DNA from: an uncultured Desulfosarcina sp.
Lineage (GTDB): Bacteria > Desulfobacterota > Desulfobacteria > Desulfobacterales > Desulfosarcinaceae
Direction of reading: 5' to 3'
Length of the DNA: 64,000 nucleotides
Assembly: GCA_963674945.2 (NCBI GenBank)
Contig: CAXXWQ010000003.1
Location: forward strand, 1-64,000
The position numbers and the translations under genes are program-made. Position 1 is the stretch's first letter, and each line of letters opens with the position of its first letter. The notes below the pieces were generated by a model, which was given only the letters and a program-made list of their open reading frames with translations, searched no databases and was not told the origin of the DNA. This document shows, one piece after another, positions 8,906-18,542 of this stretch.

Positions 8906-11320
8906 ATGGTAGAATTCGCCAGCCGAACGAATCCGTTCCATACAATTTCTGACAACACATCGCTCCCCGCATCGGCCGACCATGCAGCCAGCCTATTAAA
9001 GTTAATCCATATTCTCGGTATTGAAACCACGACCACGGACGGACTTGCGCGAACCTTGCCGTTTACGCCGGAGGACACAACGGTTGGGGCGGAGAATGAA
9101 TACCAGACCGCCGTTGTCGGAGACCGACACCATGTGGATCTGGCACGTGAAATCGAGGGATCCAAATTTTTCAGGAATCTTAAAAAACGCACGCAGCGGG
9201 GGGATGCTCCGCGTTCTAGCCTGACGGCACTGGAACGTTTTTTGGAATCGAACCAGGACGGTGTATGGGAAAACAGCTGGGTGCGCCTTCCCATGGACAG
9301 GCTCAATCTATACGCTCGTTCAATCCTGGATAGCGATCTGCGTTCCGACAAATGTTGCACCGACAGCCCCAGGCGCAGTGATGCCTGCAGGTTCTCCATA
9401 TGCGAAAAAGGAAAAGAGTATCTTCGCATTCCAATCAGCTATCTTCTCAAACTGGCTCTGGCCGATGCCATCGGGGATACGACCGTTCATCCCACCATAT
9501 ATGCCACCGGTCGTTCGGCCATGGAACATTATCTCTCGGACAATACTTCTCCGGAGACCTACTCCTTTCATGCGTTTTCTATGTCTCCGGACTTCGGAAT
9601 GGGTCGAACCATTGCCCGTGAGACATCTCTGCGCTTCTTGCTCTCGCAGCTTTTGATCCAGTATGCCAATCGCCAGTTCAGTCTGAGGGACAGCGGGCAA
9701 AGAGCCGAACTCTATTTCGCCCCCCATCCACCGGTTCGGCAGAAGCGTCTGAACGCACTGATTTCGGATAGTTTCTACCGTTCCTTGTTCATGAGCCCCT
9801 GCCTGTCCGGCTGGAACGACGGAGAAGCCAAGCATCGCTACATGCACCTGTGTCACAAGGTGGTTTCACGCAGCCAACTCAACGCGGTCATCAAGCTTCG
9901 AGATGCGGGTATTGTGGCCAATAATCTGGTCGTGCTGCCCAACACCTCCAACATCAGTCTCGCCAACAACGGCACTCACATCACTTTCGGCAGCAACAAG
10001 CTCACAGGCATGATGAGAGAACCCGCATCGGGATTCGGCCCCTTGGAAGAGAAATACTATGGAGATCTCGTCATCAAAATCGTTGAGCATTTCCTCCCCC
10101 TTTTCGTGGGTACCTATTCGGCCGCACCTTACCGGATTGACTACATGGAGTTTCATCCCGAGCGCGTGCTGGGCTTTCTGCCCCACGAACTCGACTTTAC
10201 CCATTTACGGATGCTCTGGCGAAGATGGAAGAAAAAAGCCAGCTTGCAGATCCTCGGCCGCAGCATCACCCCTTTTGGACCGGAATGGCTGGACCGCATG
10301 CTTTCCCGGTGCTTTTGCCTGAAAGGGGATTATGTGCCGGATTTCAGACTCATCGATTATCTTGTGGCCCTGATGGCCACGGACGAGAGTCCTGCGCTGG
10401 ACGGCTGCCCGGGAAACGCCGACCGTCTGAAACAGGACCTGGGAGACATGGGGATCTTTGATCCTTGTATGCCGCTTTATATGCTGTATCGGGCCCGCTG
10501 CTTCGAGACCATGGGATTCACCGGTTTCGAGGGGCGCCATTACAGCCTCTTCGAAAGCCTGACCCGCGATATGCGCCACGCCGCCAATCTGCAGATGCTG
10601 GTGACGGCACTGGCCTATAAATATATCGTCACCGGCAGTATTTCCCATGGTGATATTCCCGATCATCCCTTCGTCGAAAGCGAACGTCGGCAGGTCTTTT
10701 TCGGAGCGGCCGTTGGAATCCCGACCTTCTATATCCGTTCGGATACACCAAACCGCCTTCTGGCTCGCATGGTCAAACGCACCCCCAACACTCGCTCCAG
10801 CCGTCGATACGGCGGTTATACCCGTGTGCAGGCTCTGGATTTCAAAAAGAGTCTTGTGGCCATCGTGAGAGAAGATGCCCCTGAACTGTTGGAGATGGAG
10901 GGTCTCGGTCAGACATTGGATGACCTCGCCCTGCGGATCGATGATCCGGACCATCACGCGGCGGCCCATCGGTTGACGCAGCGCATTTGCAATCAGGTTG
11001 GAGCCAAATCCCCCACTTCTTTGAGCGGAGATGATTTTAACACGGCAGCCGAATTATTTTACCGTAAACGATTAAAGAAAGAGCAATTGGAAGAGTCCAT
11101 GGATGAGTGGTGCGACCAGGTCCGACAATTGGATGATCTTTCCACCTGGCGAAGCGGCACATACAACCAGGCATTGTTCTCCATTCTACAAGGCAGAGAC
11201 GCCGCAGCCTTCATCGATTCGCTTCGTGCCGCCGTATTGTCCGAGGATCTTTCGGTTTCGGTCATCACTCGCCTGATTCACCTCCTCTTGCTCACACTGG
11301 AGCACATGAAAGACAGATGA
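8906..11320 (+). CDS. Large hypothetical protein, possible glutamate-cysteine-ligase/amidoligase-like fold
   Basis: 804-aa ORF; VGAENEYQ, NNGTHITFG and FEGRHY resemble the GxExE / GxHxH / ExR motifs of GCS2-type ligases. Confidence 0.7.
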   Translation: MVEFASRTNPFHTISDNTSLPASADHAASLLKLIHILGIETTTTDGLARTLPFTPEDTTVGAENEYQTAVVGDRHHVDLAREIEGSKFFRNLKKRTQRGDAPRSSLTALERFLESNQDGVWENSWVRLPMDRLNLYARSILDSDLRSDKCCTDSPRRSDACRFSICEKGKEYLRIPISYLLKLALADAIGDTTVHPTIYATGRSAMEHYLSDNTSPETYSFHAFSMSPDFGMGRTIARETSLRFLLSQLLIQYANRQFSLRDSGQRAELYFAPHPPVRQKRLNALISDSFYRSLFMSPCLSGWNDGEAKHRYMHLCHKVVSRSQLNAVIKLRDAGIVANNLVVLPNTSNISLANNGTHITFGSNKLTGMMREPASGFGPLEEKYYGDLVIKIVEHFLPLFVGTYSAAPYRIDYMEFHPERVLGFLPHELDFTHLRMLWRRWKKKASLQILGRSITPFGPEWLDRMLSRCFCLKGDYVPDFRLIDYLVALMATDESPALDGCPGNADRLKQDLGDMGIFDPCMPLYMLYRARCFETMGFTGFEGRHYSLFESLTRDMRHAANLQMLVTALAYKYIVTGSISHGDIPDHPFVESERRQVFFGAAVGIPTFYIRSDTPNRLLARMVKRTPNTRSSRRYGGYTRVQALDFKKSLVAIVREDAPELLEMEGLGQTLDDLALRIDDPDHHAAAHRLTQRICNQVGAKSPTSLSGDDFNTAAELFYRKRLKKEQLEESMDEWCDQVRQLDDLSTWRSGTYNQALFSILQGRDAAAFIDSLRAAVLSEDLSVSVITRLIHLLLLTLEHMKDR

Positions 11321-11327
11321 CAACCAC

Positions 11328-12362
11328 ATGAAAAAAAGGTCGACATCCGTGAACCATCGTCCTGGAACACACCAATACATCGACCGGGAATCCAGCCGGG
11401 TAGTAACGGAGCGACTGATTGCCGATCCTCTCATTAACCAACTTTATGCGCGTTCCAGAGAAGAACCGTCTCTTCTTTTCAAGGCGGCGACATCCATGCG
11501 CATGTCTGCGATTCTGGGAACTCTCAATTTTGATCTTCCCATACCCGGGCGGTTGCGAGCGCTGCGAAACCGGATTCAGGCAATGGGTGTCAATATCGAT
11601 GAATGCCTGGAAGTTCCGGAATATTTTGATACCCCTCGCAAGCTCTTCGAACGCAAAATTCGCTACTGGCAATGCCGCCCCATGCCAGAAATGGTCGATC
11701 GCATCGTTTCGCCTGCAGACGCGCGGATGATTGCAGGTTCCTTTCATCGACACAGCAGTCTGTTCCTCAAGGAAAAGTTTTTCTCTTTTCCTGAACTCCT
11801 CGGCCAGGACAAACGGCAATGGCTTCGGGCCTTTGATGGCGGAGATTTCGCTATATTCCGACTGACTCCCGACAAATACCACTACAACCACGTGCCTGTA
11901 TCCGGACGGGTGGAGGATCTTTACGAAATTTCGGGAAGCTGCCATTCATGCAACCCCGGCGCGGTGGTCTCCATGGTGACGCCTTTTTCCAAAAACCGCC
12001 GTGTGGTAACCGTCATCGACACGAATGTACCCGGCGGCACGGGCGTCGGCCTGGTCGCCATGATCGAAATCGTGGCCATGATGATCGGCGATATCAAACA
12101 ATGCTACTCTGCCCACCACTATGAAGACCCGCTCGATCTCGCTACCGGTATGTTTTTGGAACGAGGCAAGCCAAAAAGCCTTTACCGGCCCGGAAGCAGC
12201 GTCGATGTGCTCATTTTTCAACCACATCGGATACAAATTTCCGCCGACATCCTCACAAACATGCGTCGGCAGGATGTAAACAGCCGCTACACGTCTCATT
12301 TTCGTTCTCCACTGGTGGAGACGGATGTCAAGGTCCGGTCGGAGATTGGCAAAAAGATGTAA
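11328..12362 (+). CDS. Phosphatidylserine decarboxylase-like pyruvoyl enzyme
   Basis: IVSPADAR, FRLTPDKYHYNHVPVSG, NRRVV, PGSS self-cleavage-like motif. Confidence 0.85.
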   Translation: MKKRSTSVNHRPGTHQYIDRESSRVVTERLIADPLINQLYARSREEPSLLFKAATSMRMSAILGTLNFDLPIPGRLRALRNRIQAMGVNIDECLEVPEYFDTPRKLFERKIRYWQCRPMPEMVDRIVSPADARMIAGSFHRHSSLFLKEKFFSFPELLGQDKRQWLRAFDGGDFAIFRLTPDKYHYNHVPVSGRVEDLYEISGSCHSCNPGAVVSMVTPFSKNRRVVTVIDTNVPGGTGVGLVAMIEIVAMMIGDIKQCYSAHHYEDPLDLATGMFLERGKPKSLYRPGSSVDVLIFQPHRIQISADILTNMRRQDVNSRYTSHFRSPLVETDVKVRSEIGKKM

Positions 12363-12389
12363 TGGAGAATCCAAAAAGGAGTACAACCC

Positions 12390-13439
12390 GTGATTAACTG
12401 GCTCTTCGTGATGACAATAGCCCTTTTGCTCACCCCGCTTCTCATTTGGAGTTTCAGGGCGCTTCCCCAGGAACGCTGGCAGATCATCTGCGCCATTCCC
12501 GTCAGGAAGATGGCCGATGGGTCTTGGAAAGGCCTCAACCTTACCTATTACGGTCTCTTTAATGCCATCTCCCTGAGCGGTGCCGTCGCCATGGTCTTCA
12601 TCCTCTCCGGCGCCGCGGGTGTCGATGGCAGGGCCTTTGTCGTCACAACTGTTGTGCTGCTGGCGGTTTGTCTACTGGCATCAAAGCTGATCGCTCGCTG
12701 GGTGGAAAAGAAACCCTGTACGTTCAGTGTCGGTGCGGCATCGTTCATAGGAATCGTCCTGGGCCCCTGGCTTGTGCTGCCGATGGAAATCATTTCACGG
12801 CGGATGATAAGCATCGATTTTGACGCCATGGCGATTATGGCCTCATTGATGGTTGGGTACAGCCTGGGTGAAGGCATCGGTCGACTGGCATGCATCAGCT
12901 ATGGTTGCTGCTATGGTCGGCCTATGGCCCAGATGCCAACCTTTATAAAGCGTCACTTTGCATGGGCTTCCTTTTCTTATACCGGTTGTACCAAGAAGAT
13001 CTCTTACGCACACCATCTGGAGGGCGAACGAATCTTCGCCGTACAAGCGGTCACCGCGGTGCTTTACACCACGACAGCACTGATCGCTACGTTGCTGTAT
13101 CTGAACGGTTCCTTCGCATGGGCATTCTTTCTGTGCCTTCTGGTTACCCAGGGCTGGCGCTTTGGGTCCGAATTTTTTCGATCCGACTATCGCGGGGACC
13201 GGCGGATCAGTGCCTATCAGATCATGAGCCTGCTCACCATCCCCTATGGTCTTCTGATTCCGTTTCTCTTTTCCACTTCCGGTCAGCCCGTCGATGTGCT
13301 TGCGGGGTTGCGCATCCTTTGGAGTCCCGGCGTGGTGCTTTTCCTACAGTTGATCTGGGTGATCATGTTCCTGCGCACAGGAAAGAGCCAGGTGACCGGA
13401 TCGGGGATTCATTTCCATGTCAATCAAGATCGAATCTAA
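12390..13439 (+). CDS. Divergent prolipoprotein diacylglyceryl transferase (Lgt)-like membrane protein
   Basis: Multi-TM; GEGIGRLACISYGCCYG and RFGSEFFRSD match Lgt signature regions. Confidence 0.75.
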   Translation: MINWLFVMTIALLLTPLLIWSFRALPQERWQIICAIPVRKMADGSWKGLNLTYYGLFNAISLSGAVAMVFILSGAAGVDGRAFVVTTVVLLAVCLLASKLIARWVEKKPCTFSVGAASFIGIVLGPWLVLPMEIISRRMISIDFDAMAIMASLMVGYSLGEGIGRLACISYGCCYGRPMAQMPTFIKRHFAWASFSYTGCTKKISYAHHLEGERIFAVQAVTAVLYTTTALIATLLYLNGSFAWAFFLCLLVTQGWRFGSEFFRSDYRGDRRISAYQIMSLLTIPYGLLIPFLFSTSGQPVDVLAGLRILWSPGVVLFLQLIWVIMFLRTGKSQVTGSGIHFHVNQDRI

Positions 13440-13490
13440 CGGGTTCAAGAGGCGCGCCAATCTGAGACTGGTTCTTTTCCTCCCCCCTTT

Positions 13491-14000
13491 TTGGGCCCCA
13501 AACCCCGTTCCCATAGGCCCGCCCCAGTGATCCACAGTCGTTTTCGCTTCTTCGACCGCTTCATCAAGCTCAAGCGTGCACCTCGTGAAATTGCCCGGGG
13601 CTTCTCTTTGGGAATCTTGATCGGCATGACACCCTTTTTGGGCGCCCATGTCATCGCCTGTATATTGCTGGCTTCCATTTTGGGATGCAGCAAAATCGCA
13701 GCCATCGCCGGGATCAACATCACCAACGTGTTTACGGCACCGTTGATCTATCCGGTTAATTATTGGGTGGGGGTCAAGCTGGTGGGGCTTTCCAAAGGAA
13801 CCGACTGGTCGATTCATTTGGATCATGCGGCGATGCTTGCGCTAATGAGACGGTCGCCTCTCATCCTGGTGGATCTATCCATCGGCGGTCTGGTTCTGGG
13901 GATTCCTTTGGCCGTCGCCGGATATTTCTTGGTCTTATGGCTGATCCGCTTTTCTCGCAAACCGGTTCCGACCCGTTCCGGGGACCACTGCCCACGATAA
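13491..14000 (+). CDS. DUF2062 family membrane protein
   Basis: PREIARGFSLGILIGMTPFLGAH...ITNVFTAPLIYPVNYWVG. Confidence 0.85.
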   Translation: MGPKPRSHRPAPVIHSRFRFFDRFIKLKRAPREIARGFSLGILIGMTPFLGAHVIACILLASILGCSKIAAIAGINITNVFTAPLIYPVNYWVGVKLVGLSKGTDWSIHLDHAAMLALMRRSPLILVDLSIGGLVLGIPLAVAGYFLVLWLIRFSRKPVPTRSGDHCPR

Positions 14001-14048
14001 CGTCGACGCCCCTCATTTTCCCAACACTCACGTTATTCTGGTAATAAA

Positions 14049-14075
14049 TTAATGCAATCCTAACCTTTGTCTAAT
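14049..14075 (+). promoter_or_regulatory. Pho-box-like repeat
   Basis: TTAAT(14049) CTAAC(14060) CTAAT(14071). Confidence 0.55.
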
Positions 14076-14245
14076 GGACCCGAAATCAAAGTCTTTCAAG
14101 TTAAAACCACCGTATTCAAATATCATGCGACCAATTAACCCCAAAGAGATAAAGAACCCAAACGCGGCGGCACCGAGGTAAAAAAAAGGAGAATAAAATG
14201 TACTCAAATGGCGGAGGTCATGCAATTGACTAACGTGAGAAGTGG

Positions 14246-14506
14246 ATGTCGAAGACATGGCGCCGAATTCAGAAAAGCAAGGAGAAATCTGCAACTAACG
14301 GTAAGTATTTTGTCGACTGCATCTGCCCCAAATGCTCCGTTCACCATAAACTTTATATGATGTGGACCGGTCGCGGCGTTCCGCGCAAGTATTGCGTTAA
14401 TTGCAAGCCGCTTGTCTCTGGATTTGATGAAGCCGCCTATTATGAGGCATCCGTCAGCACATCCGTTCATTCAACAAAAAGAGGCAGAAGATATGAAGGG
14501 GATTGA
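14246..14506 (+). CDS. Small zinc-ribbon-like protein (CxCPxC...TGRGVPRKYCxxC)
   Basis: Paralogous to 40044-40268; start uncertain. Confidence 0.65.
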   Translation: MSKTWRRIQKSKEKSATNGKYFVDCICPKCSVHHKLYMMWTGRGVPRKYCVNCKPLVSGFDEAAYYEASVSTSVHSTKRGRRYEGD

Positions 14507-14545
14507 TTCGGTTATCTTTACAAACGACTCTGAATTTACGGTTTT

Positions 14546-14572
14546 CTGACTTTCGACTAACGAGGGGCTAAC
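14546..14572 (+). promoter_or_regulatory. Pho-box-like repeat upstream of RNA motif copy 1
   Basis: CTGAC(14546) CTAAC(14557) CTAAC(14568). Confidence 0.55.
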
Positions 14573-14612
14573 AAAGACGAATTAGAGAAAACTTCGAAAA
14601 TGATATCCAATA

Positions 14613-14768
14613 GGGACCTTCGCTGACCACAACGGCACCAGGAATGGGAGCTATCGGATATCTGTCTGTAAAAAGCTTTTCCAGGCCCAGTGTGTCCGAA
14701 CGGCAATAGGATAGAAAATCATTTTTCCATAGTCTGCCGATGGGCCTAAAAAGGGAAAAGCTTTTTAT
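14613..14768 (+). ncRNA. Candidate structured sRNA/leader carrying the CUUYGCUGACC...GGnAmCAGRAA hairpin (copy 1)
   Basis: Motif at 14618-14644, then a long hairpin AAAAGCTTTTCC-AGGCCCA...TGGGCCT...GGAAAAGCTTTT; no convincing ORF downstream. Confidence 0.45.
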
Positions 14769-15114
14769 CAAAATCTCTTTTATTGAATCGTTCTTTAGAA
14801 GTTACAATCAAACAATTTTGTAAAAAAAGCAAATGACCGGCACCTTTAGAACAATCCTGATCCGCCATCTTCTCGTATCCCCAACAATGTTTCTGTTTGG
14901 AATTTCCGCTCCGTTTCAGGCCGTTACATATAAGGATGACATGGGCTTCACGATACACTTAGATGAACTCGGTGATACGCTTTCGGACGGAACAGGTGTC
15001 GGGGCGACCCAAACTCAACAGTTGATACGTGGATTGGTCGCGGGAAAAAGTGAGTGATAAAATATAAAAGCAGAGCCGCCCCGGACCCTGCTTTTATGAA
15101 AATCATAAATGATA

Positions 15115-15789
15115 CTATTTCACGAATCTCTTTCTGACACCAGCCATAGCCAACCCACCTGAAATAAAAAGCCATACTGCACCGGGAATAGGGACCGCAG
15201 TGTAAGTAAAATTGTCCATTAAGAAGTAGGTGCCTCCCTGGGAACCTGCTGACGGCAAAAACTCAAGTGTATCGACATCATCAATGTTTACATCTACCCA
15301 GGTCAAAGGTCCGCCGATGAGGTTGAATGTTTCCGTTGCCACCAGACTACCACCCGAATAACCATTGATCGTTAAACTGGAAGCACCATAAAAAACTGTA
15401 TCGTCATTTTTCGTCCAAGGTGCAAAATATGCCCCTTCAAAATTAAACGGAGAGCTGGACGTAAAAAGTACAGAGGCTCCCAAGCTATCGTACTCATTGA
15501 TTAGTGCATTAGCCATAGAGGGGAACTCAAGAGTATTGCCATATGCAGACTGAGTGTACGACTCATTGGTAATAACACCCCAGAAATCGTTCCCTGAACC
15601 AGACCAGGAGAACCCACCATAGTCAGTAGCAAGGCTATTGATATCATCGGCTTCACTACCAGCTGGTGTGTATGAAGGAGAAAGGTCATCGAAAGTTAAT
15701 ACAACCGATGCATTCGCCACCCCCGGCAGGTGAATAACTGCCGCCACAACCAATAACAACATCGCCATTAACCATTTTCTTGGTTTCAT
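15115..15789 (-). CDS. PEP-CTERM-like (VPIPG-CTERM) exosortase-sorted surface protein
   Basis: Signal peptide; C-terminal AVPIPGAVWLFISG + TM + RKR. Confidence 0.88.
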   Translation of the reverse strand: MKPRKWLMAMLLLVVAAVIHLPGVANASVVLTFDDLSPSYTPAGSEADDINSLATDYGGFSWSGSGNDFWGVITNESYTQSAYGNTLEFPSMANALINEYDSLGASVLFTSSSPFNFEGAYFAPWTKNDDTVFYGASSLTINGYSGGSLVATETFNLIGGPLTWVDVNIDDVDTLEFLPSAGSQGGTYFLMDNFTYTAVPIPGAVWLFISGGLAMAGVRKRFVK

Positions 15790-15835
15790 TCATTCACCTC
15801 CCTTCAAAGTATTTTTCTACCGGCATGAATAGGAT

Positions 15836-15914
15836 AAAAAAAGCCCATTCTTCGAACCGATAGTTCCAAGATTGGGCTTTCTGTTTCCCGTGGGGCTGGG
15901 GTCAGCAAAGTACC
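15836..15914 (-). promoter_or_regulatory. 5' leader with the conserved RNA hairpin (copy 2) overlapping an intrinsic terminator
   Basis: Minus strand: CTTTGCTGACCC...GGGAAACAGAAAG, whose 3' strand alternatively pairs as AAAGCCCA...TGGGCTTTTTTT. Confidence 0.55.
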
Positions 15915-15964
15915 CTTTTACAAATGATAATGATCAAATAGCCTGTTCCATTTGAAATTGTCAA

Positions 15965-15980
15965 ATTAGAATTCGGTTAG
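15965..15980 (-). promoter_or_regulatory. Pho-box-like repeat
   Basis: Minus strand CTAAC-cgaatt-CTAAT-TTGAC. Confidence 0.55.
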
Positions 15981-16002
15981 ACTACACCACAAAATGACAA
16001 CA

Positions 16003-16152
16003 CTACTGCAGTTGATGATACATATGCCGAAATTTCCAATCATCCGTAAAGTCGATACCGGCGTTATCACATTGTCTGCAATCGAACAGAAAATTGCTCC
16101 TGGCGGCATCTTCCAGACAATCTTCATAAAACGGACACCAGATGTTTTTCAT
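16003..16152 (-). CDS. Small Cys-rich hypothetical protein (49 aa)
   Basis: MKNIWCPFYEDCLEDAARSNFLFDCRQC; start at ATG 16152 is inferred. Confidence 0.5.
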   Translation of the reverse strand: MKNIWCPFYEDCLEDAARSNFLFDCRQCDNAGIDFTDDWKFRHMYHQLQ

Positions 16153-16590
16153 TAAGTCTTCTTGTTGAGTCTTGCCATCACCTTTGTAGAAAATGGGTAA
16201 CCGAGTCATTTCGCGCCTCCAACTTCTTCCTTCGGGTGTGAATGAGTCAACTGAGTCCTGTGAAAAGTGAAAGTCATGTTTTGCTGCTTCAATGTCAAAA
16301 TTCCCCATCGAAGACAAGATAGATTTTTGTTAGGAGATCGACATCGGTTGCAACCGTCAGATATCGCAAAATAAAAATTTTTTTCATTTTATCACAGATT
16401 GTTAGGCTAATAACGACTCCATTTTTGAAATAACAACCTATCGCAATTGCGTCTTCTCATTTGCAAACACAGTTCCCCTTGATTTGATCATTATTCCCAT
16501 GCGTCCAACAAACGGCAGTGCCCTGATGGTCCTGCAACCTTTTATTTGAAGATCCGACTTCCGAAATGCCGTGCGAGTCCGTTTTCGGAC

Positions 16591-16606
16591 ATAACATAAT
16601 TCTAAT
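16591..16606 (+). promoter_or_regulatory. Pho-box-like repeat upstream of alkaline phosphatase
   Basis: ATAAC-ataatt-CTAAT-TTGAC. Confidence 0.6.
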
Positions 16607-16700
16607 TTGACTTTATTCTGTCGATCATTGTAGGCACGACGCAGGAATCTGCAGTTCACATGGATAACCCGAAATCCCAATACAAGACGAGCTATTCAGA

Positions 16701-16780
16701 GCACCTTGCTGACCCGTGATACCGGGAACCAGAAGACTCGGAGGAAAATGACATTTTGTTTTCCTTGCCGGTCTTTCCGG
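16701..16780 (+). promoter_or_regulatory. Alkaline phosphatase leader with the conserved RNA hairpin (copy 3)
   Basis: CTTGCTGACCCG-tgatac-CGGGAACCAGAAG at 16705-16735, followed by an alternative AAGAC...GTCTT hairpin. Confidence 0.5.
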
Positions 16781-16925
16781 CACGAAACAATCAGGCCTTA
16801 CGCAACGCACTCTTCAGGAAAATACGAAAATCAAGGAGACAAACATTTGGCTCGACGGTATCAGGATGACGCATTCAACATTTTCGTTCCTAAACAATTA
16901 ATCAAAGAATCATAAGGAGAAAAAA

Positions 16926-18449
16926 ATGCGCGTAGTAAAAATCGTAAAAAGAGCAAGGGTCGCACTCATCGGAACGCTCGTCTGCGCCCTTTGTGCAAGT
17001 GTCGCTTTCGCCGGTGCAAGGACGAAGAAAAACACCCATTGCGGCAACTCCCTCAAGTACGTGTTCTACTTCATCGGTGACGGCATGGCCAGCGTTCAGA
17101 TTCATGCAACCGAAGTCTACCTGGCCCAGCAGGTGGAAGACGATGCCGTTGCCGGCAGCGAAAAAGCCCAGCTTCTGGCCATGAGCCAGTTTCCGGTGCA
17201 GGGAATGCAGACCACCTTCGCCAATAACCGCATGATCACCGGTTCGGCCGCCGCCGGTACGGCCCTGGCCTGCGGTATGAAAACCAACATCAACGTAATC
17301 TCCATGGACCCAGGCACCACTATGAATTATAATTCCCTGGCCGAGAAGGCTAAGGAAAAGGGCATGAAGGTCGGTATCGTTACCTCCGTGACCATCAACC
17401 ACGCCACCCCGGCCGTGTTCTACTCTCACACCGCCACCAGAAAAAATTACTCGGATATCGCTTCACAGTTGGCAAACTCAAACTTCGATTATTTCGGCGG
17501 CGGTTACTGGAACAATAGCGGCGAAGACGGTGCAGGCATGGCCGAAGAAACTGCCACAGGCAACGGTTTCGTTATTACTCACAACCTTGCGGATCTTCAA
17601 GCCCAGGCCAACGGCGCCCGCGTCATCGCTTTCGACAGCTCACAAGACGCCGGCGGCCACACGGGTGCTCTTTGGTATGATCTGGACCGCGGCATGGGTC
17701 AGATGTCCCTGGCCGATTTCACCGCAGAAGGCATCCGCCTGCTGAACAACGACAATGGTTTTTTCATGATGGTCGAGGGCGGCAAGATCGACTGGGCCTG
17801 CCACGCCAACGATGCCAAGGCCGCCATCATGGACACCATCGCCTTCGATAACGCCATCCAGGAAGCCATCGCCTTCATGGCAGACCATCCCGACGAAACC
17901 CTGATCGTCGTGACCGGCGACCACGAATGCGGCGGAATGACCATCGGTTACACCAGCACCGGGTATGACACCCATTACGAAATCATCGCCAACCAGACAA
18001 TGTCCTTCGAGAAGTTCAACGCAGACGTTCTCGCCGCTTACAAAACCACCCATGATCCCGCCCCGGCCGACATCGATGCCGATATGTGGAACATCATCCT
18101 GACCAATTTCGGTCTGGACGGCAGCGGTCTGACCACCGGCACCAGCGATGACCTGAACGCCTACGAGCGAAAGCAGCTTGAAACCGCCTTCGACGCCACC
18201 ATGACCTCTTCCGGCAACAGCACCGAGGAAGACTGGGCGCTGTATGACTACTATGAGCCGCTGACCATCACCCTGACCAGCGTACTGAACGAACGCGCCG
18301 GTCTCTCCTGGACCTCCTGCTATCACACCGGCGTTCCGGTTCCGGTTCTGGCCACAGGCAAGTATTCGGAACTCTTCGCCGGTTTCTATGACAACACCGA
18401 TATTGCCAAGAAAATCGCACAGGCCATGGGCGTGAATCTGGGCAACTAA
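16926..18449 (+). CDS. phoA: Alkaline phosphatase (PhoA family), secreted
   Basis: FIGDGM, ITGSAAAGTALACG, HATPA, VEGGKIDWACHAND, TGDHE, HT motifs; signal peptide. Confidence 0.93.
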   Translation: MRVVKIVKRARVALIGTLVCALCASVAFAGARTKKNTHCGNSLKYVFYFIGDGMASVQIHATEVYLAQQVEDDAVAGSEKAQLLAMSQFPVQGMQTTFANNRMITGSAAAGTALACGMKTNINVISMDPGTTMNYNSLAEKAKEKGMKVGIVTSVTINHATPAVFYSHTATRKNYSDIASQLANSNFDYFGGGYWNNSGEDGAGMAEETATGNGFVITHNLADLQAQANGARVIAFDSSQDAGGHTGALWYDLDRGMGQMSLADFTAEGIRLLNNDNGFFMMVEGGKIDWACHANDAKAAIMDTIAFDNAIQEAIAFMADHPDETLIVVTGDHECGGMTIGYTSTGYDTHYEIIANQTMSFEKFNADVLAAYKTTHDPAPADIDADMWNIILTNFGLDGSGLTTGTSDDLNAYERKQLETAFDATMTSSGNSTEEDWALYDYYEPLTITLTSVLNERAGLSWTSCYHTGVPVPVLATGKYSELFAGFYDNTDIAKKIAQAMGVNLGN

Positions 18450-18483
18450 GTTTATACCGAACCAGTAGCTGTCCGACAAATGA

Positions 18484-18529
18484 GAACAGGTCCGGGCGTT
18501 GTATTTGGCCCGGGCCTGTTCCTTCTTTT
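18484..18529 (+). terminator. Hairpin/terminator after alkaline phosphatase
   Basis: GAACAGGTCCGGGC...GCCCGGGCCTGTTC followed by a T-rich tail. Confidence 0.6.
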
Positions 18530-18542
18530 ATGAGGTGTATCC

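Noticed and set aside
8674..9429. 251-aa minus-strand ORF and similar long antisense ORFs (e.g. 17640-18479, 27984-28844, 43858-44673, 56271-57281, 62352-63197)
   Set aside because: Shadow frames of well-supported genes on the opposite strand, with no recognisable motifs
14746..15175. Short ORFs between the RNA motif and the VPIPG-CTERM gene
   Set aside because: No RBS or motif support, mutually overlapping, and none recognisable
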